A stretch of 64,000 nucleotides of DNA, taken from assembly GCA_965207735.1 (NCBI GenBank), contig OZ242296.1, positions 1,248,001-1,312,000 on the forward strand. The letters are read 5' to 3'. This stretch comes from Candidatus Versatilivorator sp. Lineage in GTDB: Bacteria > Acidobacteriota > Terriglobia > Versatilivoradales > Versatilivoraceae. Positions 50,640 through 58,955 of the stretch are shown here, one piece after another (within the stretch, counting starts at the first letter, position 1; every line of letters starts with the position of its first letter). The notes under the pieces are model-generated. The model was not told where the DNA came from. It ran no database searches and worked only from the letters and a program-made list of their open reading frames with translations. The position numbers were made by a program, and so were the translations under genes.

Positions 50640-51674
50640 CTAGAGCACCACCGGTCGGCCTTCCCGGGCCGATCGGCAGAGCGCGGTGATGGCGGCCACA
50701 TTGGCTCGGCTGTCTTGCAGGGTGACCACCGGATCGGCGCCGTCCAGAACGGTGGCCGCCATGGATTCCACTTCGTCCTGATAGGCGTTGATTTCGGCGA
50801 AGACCCTTCTCTCGGATCTGCGATCGCCGAGGCCGTCACCGAAGGTGGAAGCTTCTTTGGCTCCGGCCTGACGGACCAGGCGCACGCTGGCCGGTTGATT
50901 CTCGCGATTGAGCCAGGGCAGATCCAGATGGAGATACCCGGCGGTCCCGAGCAGGTCGGCGTCGACCTGGGCGAAGGAAGCGAAGCTGGAAAAAAAGTGA
51001 AAGAAGGCTCCGCTCGAAAATTTCAGGTGACCTGAAAAACTCATGTCGATTCCGGTGGGCCCGGTCGTTTGGACGGCATGAACCTCCAGCGGCTCGGCCT
51101 GCAAAACGGTACGGACGAAGCTGACGCAGTAGCTGCCCAGGTCCCAGACCGAGCCCCCGCCCATGGCCGGGTCCAGTCGGATGTCCCCGGGACGCTCCAG
51201 GGTGAAGGTAAAGAGGCCGCGGCCCATGCGAACCTCGCCGATGGCTCCCTGGGCGATCAGGCTGCGCACGTAGGAGGTTTGGGAGTGAAAACGCATCATG
51301 GTGGCTTCCTGGATGGTGACTCCGCAGCGGTCGGCGGCCTCCAGGAGCTGGTCTACCTCTTCAACGGACAGGGCCAGCGGCTTTTCGCAGAGCACATGCT
51401 TCCCGGCCTCGGCGCATCGGAGGGACCACTCGGTGTGCAGTCCGTTGGGCAGAGAAATGTACACCACGTCGATGGCGGGATCCGCCAATATCTCCTCATA
51501 GCTGCCGTAGGCCTTGGAAATTTCGTGTTCTTCGGCATAGCGATTGGCCGTGTCCCGGCGGCGGCTGGCCACCCCGATCAGCTCGTTTCGTTCCGACCGC
51601 CGCAAGCAGGGAATCAAGCGCTCGTTGATGCGGGCCGTGCTCAACAACCCCCAGCGGGCTCGTCTATCAGCCAT
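50640..51674 (-). CDS. Gfo/Idh/MocA oxidoreductase (D-xylose dehydrogenase/DHDH-like)
   Basis: WGLLSTARI, VYISLPNGLH, HVLCEKP and GGGSVWDLGSY. Confidence 0.9.
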   Translation of the reverse strand: MADRRARWGLLSTARINERLIPCLRRSERNELIGVASRRRDTANRYAEEHEISKAYGSYEEILADPAIDVVYISLPNGLHTEWSLRCAEAGKHVLCEKPLALSVEEVDQLLEAADRCGVTIQEATMMRFHSQTSYVRSLIAQGAIGEVRMGRGLFTFTLERPGDIRLDPAMGGGSVWDLGSYCVSFVRTVLQAEPLEVHAVQTTGPTGIDMSFSGHLKFSSGAFFHFFSSFASFAQVDADLLGTAGYLHLDLPWLNRENQPASVRLVRQAGAKEASTFGDGLGDRRSERRVFAEINAYQDEVESMAATVLDGADPVVTLQDSRANVAAITALCRSAREGRPVVL

Positions 51675-51753
51675 GGTAATTCCTAACTAACACATTTGTA
51701 ATGCATCTCTTAACAAAGCATTTGTCATGCAACTGTTGAGACATCCCGCCTCC

Positions 51754-52935
51754 TCAATCCCGTCTCAGACTGTGGACATCTTCCCAGCACTGGGACTTCC
51801 AGGATCTTTGCATGGCCTCCTGGACCTCGGCCACGGCCAAGGCCTCCTTGAATCCCGGCTCTCCCTGTTTTCGGCTGGCCACCGAGTTGAGAAACTCCAC
51901 TGCCTCGATCAACTTGAGGTCATCGTAGCTCATGCTGATGGCCGGGCCCGTGTAGAAATCCACGTAGGAGGGATGGTCGGGACTACCTTGAATCAAGGTG
52001 GTGCCGTCACGCTCGGTGGCGCTGTCGGGCAGATGGAGCTGAAGCTCATTCATGCGCTCGAAGTCCCACTTCAACGCTCCCCGGGTTCCGTTCAGCTCAA
52101 AGGCCATTTCACAGCCGGGCCCCTTGATCACCCGGCAGGCTTCGAAGGTCCCCCGGGCTCCGTTGGCGAACTCAACCAGCGCGCTCACGTAGTCTTCGTT
52201 GGTGACCGGCCCCTTGGGGTCATCGGCCGAGCCGGTGGAAAAGTGGGTGCCGGACCCCTTGGGGACCAGAGGGCGCTCGGTGATAAAGGTGTGGCTGGTG
52301 CTGGTCAGGCGCTTCACCGGTCCAACCATGGAGTGGGCCATGTCGGCCACGTGGGAGATGAGGTCGCCCAGGGTGCCGGTGCCCGACCATTCCTTCTGAA
52401 ATCGCCAGGAGAGGACTCCATTGGGGTCCCTGCCGTAACCCACCAGAAAACGGCCGCGATAGTGGGTCACCTCCCCCAGCGTGCCCTCCTGAACGAGCTT
52501 GCGGGCGTATTGGACCAGCGGAGCCCAGCGGTAATTGTAACCGACCCAACTGATGACATTGGCCCGCCGTGCAATCCCTTCAATCTCGGCAGTCTGCAGC
52601 GGCCCCATGCCCACCGGCTTCTCGCAGAAGATGTCCTTGCCGGCCGCCGCCGCCGCACTCACCACCTCCCGGTGCAGGTGGTTGGGCGAGGCAACGCTGA
52701 TGGCCTGAACGGAGTCGTTTTCGACAACCTCCTTCCAGTCGGTGGTCCGCTGCTCGAAGCCGAATCGCTCCTGACCCTCCCTGGCCCGAGCTTCCACTTC
52801 GTCGGCGCAGATGACCAGGCGGGGGCGGATCCCCTTGTCTCGGAACCGATCCGCTACCTGGCCGTAGACCCGGCTGTGCACCGTCCCGACCCAGCCCATG
52901 CCGATAACGCCAATTCCGATTTCATGTGCCATCAT
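51754..52935 (-). CDS. Gfo/Idh/MocA oxidoreductase (levoglucosan/inositol dehydrogenase-like)
   Basis: [30 protein letters not shown] and WDFERMNEL. Confidence 0.9.
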   Translation of the reverse strand: MMAHEIGIGVIGMGWVGTVHSRVYGQVADRFRDKGIRPRLVICADEVEARAREGQERFGFEQRTTDWKEVVENDSVQAISVASPNHLHREVVSAAAAAGKDIFCEKPVGMGPLQTAEIEGIARRANVISWVGYNYRWAPLVQYARKLVQEGTLGEVTHYRGRFLVGYGRDPNGVLSWRFQKEWSGTGTLGDLISHVADMAHSMVGPVKRLTSTSHTFITERPLVPKGSGTHFSTGSADDPKGPVTNEDYVSALVEFANGARGTFEACRVIKGPGCEMAFELNGTRGALKWDFERMNELQLHLPDSATERDGTTLIQGSPDHPSYVDFYTGPAISMSYDDLKLIEAVEFLNSVASRKQGEPGFKEALAVAEVQEAMQRSWKSQCWEDVHSLRRD

Positions 52936-52950
52936 GACTCCTTGCTTTTA

Positions 52951-53143
52951 GTGGAGAGTGGAGAGTGAATAGTGGTGAGTTGTTGGTTGTTAAATCTGTG
53001 AAGGTTGTTCATTCCGGCTAAATCCGAGACGCTGGGAGAATACAACCAATTCATCAGGCGCTTTCCTGCCCCCAGAACCCTCCACCGACCACTCTTCACT
53101 CTTCACTCTCCACTCTCCACTCTCCACTCTCCACTCTCCACTC
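52951..53143. repeat. Inverted heptamer repeat arrays (GTGGAGA)n ... (CACTCTC)n
   Basis: GTGGAGAGTGGAGAGTGAATAGTG at 52951, and about 7 units of CACTCT(C/T) at 53090-53143. Confidence 0.85.
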
Positions 53144-54281
53144 CTCCAACCTCCTGCCACTGATCGGACTCCCAGGAACGCTCCACCGCCGCGTGCACGG
53201 CAGCCACCTGGGCGGCTTCCCGAACTCCAGGTGCCGCCTGTTTTCCCTCCACGATCGACTTGACGAAACGGGAGGCCTCAATGATTTTCAGGTCCTCATA
53301 TCCCAAACCGGTGCCCTGGCCCGGATTGAAGTGGCCGTGATAGGGATACTCCGGGTTGCTGAACAGGCGGGTATATCCCTGGCGGAGCGGTTCCCGTCCC
53401 GGATTCACGTAAACCTGCAGCTCGTTCATTCGCTCGAAATCCCAGACTACCGAGCCGGTGGCGCCGTTCACCTCGAATTTCAACTCCTGTTGCGGGCCGG
53501 TAATGACACGGCAGGCTTCGAAGCTTCCCCGGGCATCGTTCTCGAACTGAACCAGACCGCCCACGTAGTCCTCGTTGGTGACCGGCCGGCGCGGCAGGCT
53601 GGAACCTGCGGCGCCACCCGGGGGCCGGCTGCCGATCCAGGTCTTTCGATTGGCTGCCACCCGTTTGATGGGACCCACCAGAAAGTGGGCCAGATCGGTG
53701 GTGTGCGAGAGCATGTCGTTCAACACACCGGTCCCGGAGACGGATTGATCGAAGCGCCAGGAAATGGGTTCTTCCGGATTGCGGGCATAGCCTTCGAAAT
53801 AGCGGCTGCGGAAGTGAGTGATCTCACCGAGGCACCCTTCCCGGATGAGCTGCCTGGCGTATTGAACCATGGGAGCCCAACGGTAATTGAAGCCCACCAG
53901 GGTCAGCACGCCGCATTGTTCGACCGCGCTCCGAATGGCCACCGTCTCCCGCGGGGTCTTGCCCGCGGGTTTCTCACAGAGGATGTGCTTGCCCGCTCGT
54001 GCCGCCGCACTCACAATTTCCAAGTGGCTGTCGTTGGGAGTTGTCACACTCACCGCCGCGATCCGATCGTTCTCGATCAGCGAGGTCCAGTCGGTGGTGT
54101 GTCCCTCGAAACCGTGCCGGGCGGCCCCTTCCCGCGCCCGCTCGGCGACGGCATCGGCGCAGCAGACCAGACGCACCCGCGTGTCCAATTCCGGGAAGCG
54201 GTCTCGAAGCTGGCGGTAGGCCCGGCTGTGGGTATTTCCCATCCACCCCATGCCGATGACGCCCACACCCAAAGAGTTCAT
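53103..54281 (-). CDS. Gfo/Idh/MocA oxidoreductase, paralog of 51754-52935
   Basis: IGMGWMG, CEKP, GFNYR, ISWRF and VTNEDYV. The C-terminus reads into the heptamer repeat. Confidence 0.9.
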   Translation of the reverse strand: MNSLGVGVIGMGWMGNTHSRAYRQLRDRFPELDTRVRLVCCADAVAERAREGAARHGFEGHTTDWTSLIENDRIAAVSVTTPNDSHLEIVSAAARAGKHILCEKPAGKTPRETVAIRSAVEQCGVLTLVGFNYRWAPMVQYARQLIREGCLGEITHFRSRYFEGYARNPEEPISWRFDQSVSGTGVLNDMLSHTTDLAHFLVGPIKRVAANRKTWIGSRPPGGAAGSSLPRRPVTNEDYVGGLVQFENDARGSFEACRVITGPQQELKFEVNGATGSVVWDFERMNELQVYVNPGREPLRQGYTRLFSNPEYPYHGHFNPGQGTGLGYEDLKIIEASRFVKSIVEGKQAAPGVREAAQVAAVHAAVERSWESDQWQEVGGVESGEWRVESGE

Positions 54282-54291
54282 AGCATTCGGT

Positions 54292-55260
54292 CTAAAGCCA
54301 GGGTGGATTTTCCTCGGGCATGGTCCTGAGGAGGAGAGGCTTGAGGAACTCGACGCTCTTGACGATGCCTTCCGGCGCGCTCATCAAGGAGTCCTCGTGT
54401 TCGATGCTCAGCACCCCGTCGTAACCGACCGATCGCAGGGCACTGATAAATTCCCGCCACCACAGTTCTCCATGACCGAACCCCAGGGTCCGATATCCCC
54501 AGGACCTCTCCAGCACCAGGTGCATGGGAGTCAGGTCTATTCCGCCGCTCAATGCCATCTTGTGGCGGTCGATCCGGGTGTCCTTGGCATGCACGTGGAA
54601 GACGAAGTCGGGGCCCAGGTTCTGAACCACCCAACTCGGTTCCATTCCCTGGTAGAACAGGTGGCTGGGATCCAGGTTGGCTCCCACCGAGGGGCCGGCG
54701 ATCTCGCGCAGCCGCAGCATTCCGGGGGTGCTGAAGACCGCCTGCCCGGGGTGCATCTCAATGGCGACCCGGACTCCGTGGTCGGCCGCATACTGGCCTG
54801 CCTTTTTCCAGAAGGGCGTCAGGACCTCATCCCACTGCCACTTGAGAAGATCCAGGAAATCCTGCTGGAAGCTGTGGGCTACCCAGTTGGGGTAGGGAGT
54901 CCCGCTGGGATCTCCCGGGCAGCCGCTCATGGCGACCACCGTATCCACTCCCAGTTCTTGAGCCAGCTCAATGCACTTGAAGAGGTCCTGGCTATGTTTC
55001 TTGCCTCTTTCCGGCTGGGGATCCACCGGATTTCCGTTGCAGTTCAAGGCGCTGATAACCAGGTTGCGGCTATCGACGGCAGCCTTGAATGCCGATCGCG
55101 CCCCGGCATCGGCAAGCAACCGGTCCGCGTCGCAGTGGGAGGCCTTGGAGAATCCCCCGGTGGCGATTTCAACGGCCTCGATTCCCTCCTCCACCACCCA
55201 GTCCAGGGCATCGGTGAAGGAAAGATCGGGAAGCCCATCGGTAAATAGTCCTATTTTCAT
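54292..55260 (-). CDS. Sugar phosphate isomerase/epimerase (AP_endonuc_2 TIM barrel)
   Basis: EMHPG, NLDPSHL, HVHAKD and SIEHED metal ligands. Confidence 0.9.
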   Translation of the reverse strand: MKIGLFTDGLPDLSFTDALDWVVEEGIEAVEIATGGFSKASHCDADRLLADAGARSAFKAAVDSRNLVISALNCNGNPVDPQPERGKKHSQDLFKCIELAQELGVDTVVAMSGCPGDPSGTPYPNWVAHSFQQDFLDLLKWQWDEVLTPFWKKAGQYAADHGVRVAIEMHPGQAVFSTPGMLRLREIAGPSVGANLDPSHLFYQGMEPSWVVQNLGPDFVFHVHAKDTRIDRHKMALSGGIDLTPMHLVLERSWGYRTLGFGHGELWWREFISALRSVGYDGVLSIEHEDSLMSAPEGIVKSVEFLKPLLLRTMPEENPPWL

Positions 55261-55344
55261 GGTCGGCTCCAGCGTTGGAATGTTGGTTGTGTTCTACTGA
55301 ATTCATTCAGGGCCGGGCATCCTCCCTGCCTGGCCGGCCGCCTG

Positions 55345-56325
55345 TTACCCGGCTTCCGGATTCAACGGAGGAAAAGGACTGTAACCCGGCACGTTGATGC
55401 CGATCTTGAAGAGGCTCTTGCCGGCAGTCACATAAAGGGTTCTCTTGTCGCCCCCCCCAAAGGTCATGTTGGTCACCACATCTTCCGGGATGGGTATCTT
55501 GTCCAACAGTCTACCCTGAGGAGAAATCACATAAATCCCTGCCGGGTTGACACTGGATTCTCCCTCTCGTTTCGGCAAGGTAATTCCGGCAGCCGTCCAC
55601 AGGTTTCCTTGCATGTCAACGCGTAGGCCGTCACCGGGTCGCCCCGCACCGAAGTCGTAGACCAGGGTTTGTCCGGAAGGCACACCCTCGGGATTGAGTT
55701 CAAACCCCCAGATTTTTCGGGCTCCCCCCGGACTGATGTTGTAGTCCGCTACGTAGAGAAATCGGTCGTCCGGACTGACCGCGATCCCGTTGGGCTGCTG
55801 GATTGCGGGCTGCTCCAATATTCTGGAGACTGTTCCGTCGCAGTCCAGACGATAGACGGCTTCGACATCCATCTCCATGGTGGAACGGTCGCCGTAACAG
55901 GGATCGGTGAAATAGATTCGTCCCTTTCGGTCAATGGCCAAGTCGTTGGGACTATTGTAACGCCGACCTTCAAATCGCTCTGTCAGCACCTCGACCTGGC
56001 CGGTTTCCAGATCGGTGCGCACGATCCGACGACGGCCACCCGACCCCATTCCGCAGCCCTCGCAACTGACCAGCCTCCCTTGGCTGTCGAACAGGTTTCC
56101 ATTGGTCCTGCCGCTGTCCGCCCTGAAGACGGAGAGCTGCCCGTCCGCCGCCAGCTTCATCACCCGATTGTTGATGATGTCGCTGAAGTAGACACTCCCG
56201 TCGGAGTGGTAGGCCGGTCCCTCGGCAAAGGCGATCACCGCGGCCCGGCTCAGCCGGGCACCGGTTCTCAGGAACTGCCGGGGCGACGGTAGGCGGGCTC
56301 GATCCGCCCGGTTCGGTTCCGACAT
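55345..56325 (-). CDS. SMP-30/gluconolactonase family
   Basis: AEGP, YFSDI, NSPNDL, FTDP, PNGIAVSPD and DGLRVD. Confidence 0.92.
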   Translation of the reverse strand: MSEPNRADRARLPSPRQFLRTGARLSRAAVIAFAEGPAYHSDGSVYFSDIINNRVMKLAADGQLSVFRADSGRTNGNLFDSQGRLVSCEGCGMGSGGRRRIVRTDLETGQVEVLTERFEGRRYNSPNDLAIDRKGRIYFTDPCYGDRSTMEMDVEAVYRLDCDGTVSRILEQPAIQQPNGIAVSPDDRFLYVADYNISPGGARKIWGFELNPEGVPSGQTLVYDFGAGRPGDGLRVDMQGNLWTAAGITLPKREGESSVNPAGIYVISPQGRLLDKIPIPEDVVTNMTFGGGDKRTLYVTAGKSLFKIGINVPGYSPFPPLNPEAG

Positions 56326-56378
56326 TTCCCTTGATCGGGCTTCATCCATGGCGGCACCGGAGCATCCGGAGATTTTCG

Positions 56379-57086
56379 TCAGCACTGGCGTCTTCTGGGA
56401 TCGGCGGAAGCCTCCAGCACCAGTATGGCCGGCTTCTTCCATCCCGCCGGTCCCGACGAGAGCTGAACGGTAGTGGAACGTGTATGGATCAAGGGGTCGG
56501 CGGGGCGGGTCTTCAGGAAGTCACCCAGGGGGCGCATCCTGCTGGGCCACCACAGCAAGTAGTGCATGGGGATGATCCACCGCGGTCGCAATTGGTCGAT
56601 AAGACTCGACAGCTCTTCCAGAGTCAGCGTGTTGGCCTGACCGGCGATGGCCAGCAGGACATCGCACTTGCCCTCGAAGATCGACAGTTCGGCCGGGCTG
56701 GGGCCGTAGCCCAGATCTCCCAGATGCAGGATCCAGAGGTCCTCCACCTTGAAGGCGTAGAGCGCGTTGTCCTTGGGGCTGCCGCTGTCGTGAAGGGGCG
56801 ATTCGGCCGCGCCCAGTGGAATCAGCGGGTTGCCGTCCACCTCGATCCGGCGGTTTTCCCGCGCCAGGTCGAGGGCGTTGATGACTTCCGGAGCCCCGTG
56901 AATCAGCCCGGGATCTCCGTGAGCCAGGTCATCCAGGGAGCTGACAATGGCCAGGTCCCCATGGATGGCCGATCCGGCCGGCAAGCCCAAGCGCGTCGGA
57001 GAAAAGGGATCGGTGACGATGACCGGGCCGCCGTCCCGCCAGATGCGGAAGCAGGCATGGCCCACCCACTCGAAATTTACGGCCAA
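56379..57086 (-). CDS. MBL-fold metallo-hydrolase, atypical (paralog 1)
   Basis: WVGHACF, TDPF, HLGDLG and IIPMHY; HxHxDH replaced by SSLDDLAH. TTG start overlaps the upstream gene. Confidence 0.8.
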   Translation of the reverse strand: MAVNFEWVGHACFRIWRDGGPVIVTDPFSPTRLGLPAGSAIHGDLAIVSSLDDLAHGDPGLIHGAPEVINALDLARENRRIEVDGNPLIPLGAAESPLHDSGSPKDNALYAFKVEDLWILHLGDLGYGPSPAELSIFEGKCDVLLAIAGQANTLTLEELSSLIDQLRPRWIIPMHYLLWWPSRMRPLGDFLKTRPADPLIHTRSTTVQLSSGPAGWKKPAILVLEASADPRRRQC

Positions 57087-58093
57087 TCTACGTTGTCCTC
57101 GGTGATCTGATGGAAACCCGCCAGCTCCCACCAGCCGGCCCCTTTCTTGGGAGGCGCCCCCATCACCAGGGGTTTGAGGAACTCGATGGATTTTTCCAAC
57201 CCCTCCCGCACATCCATATAGTCGCACTCCATCTCAACCGAGAGGGCTCCTTCATACCCGATAAAGCGCAAGGTATTGATGAAATCACGCCAGAACTTCC
57301 GATCGTGGCCCCAGCCGATCAAGTTGAAGGTCCAGGACCGCTTTTCGGGGTTGGCCGGGGTCTGGGTGGTGTCCAACAGTCCCTGCAGCTTCAGGTTGCG
57401 GGGCTCCATGCGGGTATCCTTGATATGGACGTGCAGGAGCCGATCCCCCAGGTAGGCGATGGTCTCCAGCACGTCGATGTGCTGGACGAAGAGATGCGAC
57501 GGATCCAGATTGCACCCCACAATCGGTCCGATGGCTTCCCGCAACTTCATGACCATCACCGGCGTGTGCACGATGTCGCCGATCCAGGGCTCGAAGGCCA
57601 GGCGGCAGCCATGATCGCGGGCAACCGCGGCGTGTTCCCGCCAGAAGGGAATGACCCGCTCTTCCCACTGCCAGCGCAGAATGGCCCGGTTGCGGGCGTT
57701 GGTGGGGTCCACCACCCAACAGGGACAGGCATCTCCGGGCGCACCCGGCGGGCTGCCGGCGTTCAGTGTCAGCAGATCCACGCCCGTGGCCTCGGCCAGG
57801 CGGCAGACTCTGCGAAAGTGCTCGGAGTATTGCCTGGCTTCGGCCGGGTCGGGAGAGAGTCCGTTCCCGTGAGCCGAATAGGCGCTGATGGTCAAGCCGT
57901 GGTCTTCCAGGGCGCCCTTCCAGCGCTTCAACGCTTCCCCGTCGGACAGCAGCTTTTGAGGATCGCAATACTTCTTGCTGGCCTCCCCCAAACAAGCGAT
58001 CTCGATCATCTCGAGGCCTTGCTTTTGGGCGAAATCCAAGCCTTCTTCGAAATCGAAGGGCAGCAGGAAAAGCGTGTTGACACCGATTTTCAA
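57077..58093 (-). CDS. Sugar phosphate isomerase/epimerase TIM barrel, divergent paralog
   Basis: NLDPSHL, HVHIKD, SVEME and WQWEERVIPFW. Confidence 0.88.
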   Translation of the reverse strand: MKIGVNTLFLLPFDFEEGLDFAQKQGLEMIEIACLGEASKKYCDPQKLLSDGEALKRWKGALEDHGLTISAYSAHGNGLSPDPAEARQYSEHFRRVCRLAEATGVDLLTLNAGSPPGAPGDACPCWVVDPTNARNRAILRWQWEERVIPFWREHAAVARDHGCRLAFEPWIGDIVHTPVMVMKLREAIGPIVGCNLDPSHLFVQHIDVLETIAYLGDRLLHVHIKDTRMEPRNLKLQGLLDTTQTPANPEKRSWTFNLIGWGHDRKFWRDFINTLRFIGYEGALSVEMECDYMDVREGLEKSIEFLKPLVMGAPPKKGAGWWELAGFHQITEDNVDWP

Positions 58094-58153
58094 TTCTTAC
58101 CTCCTCCCGGCAACCCGGTAGGCGGCCCGGGGGCATTCCGGGCTTCCGTTCAA

Positions 58154-58873
58154 TCAGTCTTCCAGACCGACAGTGGGTTGGTATCCGCTGGGCTCGAGGG
58201 CGACGATGGTTGGGCCATCCAGCACCGGCAGGTCGATGGGAAATTCGACCACCGAAGACCTGGGAAAGATCAGGGGATCCCTTCGGCGGCGGTCCAGGAA
58301 CTCCCGGAGGGGCCGCATGGGTCCTGACACCGGAGGCAGCGCAAAATGCATGGGAACGATCCACCTGGGCTTGAGGTGATCGATCATCGAATCCAGATCG
58401 GGCAGGGACAAGGTGTTGTATTGACCCACGATGGCGAGCATCACCTCGCATCGCCCTTCGAAGGGAGCCACTTCCTCCCGCGGCAGTCCATATCCGAGAT
58501 CGCCCATATGCATCACCCACACCCCTCCGACCTGCAGGGCATAGAGGGCGTTGTCCTTGGGGCTTCCACTGTCGTGGATGGGTGATTCGGCAGCCCCAAC
58601 CGTTACCAGCGGGCTGCCGTCGACTTCAACCTCGAGCCCCTTCTCGACCGCATCCAGGGCGTCGATGACTCTCTGACGTCCCCGCACCAGCTCGGGGTAA
58701 CCGTGGGCGTCGTCGGTCAGAGAGCTGACGATGACGGTATCGCCCTCGACCCTGGCCGCATCCTCCGGCAAGTAGACCGTCTTGGGCGTATAGGGGTCCA
58801 TGACAATGACCGGTCCCCCCTCCCGCCAGACCCGGAAGCAGGCATGTCCTACCCATTCCACTTTTACCGACAT
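58154..58873 (-). CDS. MBL-fold metallo-hydrolase, atypical (paralog 2)
   Basis: WVGHACF, MDPY, SSLTDDAH, HMGDLG and IVPMHF. Confidence 0.82.
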   Translation of the reverse strand: MSVKVEWVGHACFRVWREGGPVIVMDPYTPKTVYLPEDAARVEGDTVIVSSLTDDAHGYPELVRGRQRVIDALDAVEKGLEVEVDGSPLVTVGAAESPIHDSGSPKDNALYALQVGGVWVMHMGDLGYGLPREEVAPFEGRCEVMLAIVGQYNTLSLPDLDSMIDHLKPRWIVPMHFALPPVSGPMRPLREFLDRRRRDPLIFPRSSVVEFPIDLPVLDGPTIVALEPSGYQPTVGLED

Positions 58874-58955
58874 AGATCCTCCACCTTGGCTTTGACCCGC
58901 ATTTCTCAACCCCGGTGCCGAACGCCGGCCCCGAAAGATTCGTTTTACCGAATTT

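Noticed and set aside
53090-53143. Tandem repeat considered as a CRISPR array
   Set aside because: 7-bp units without spacers; no cas genes in the window.
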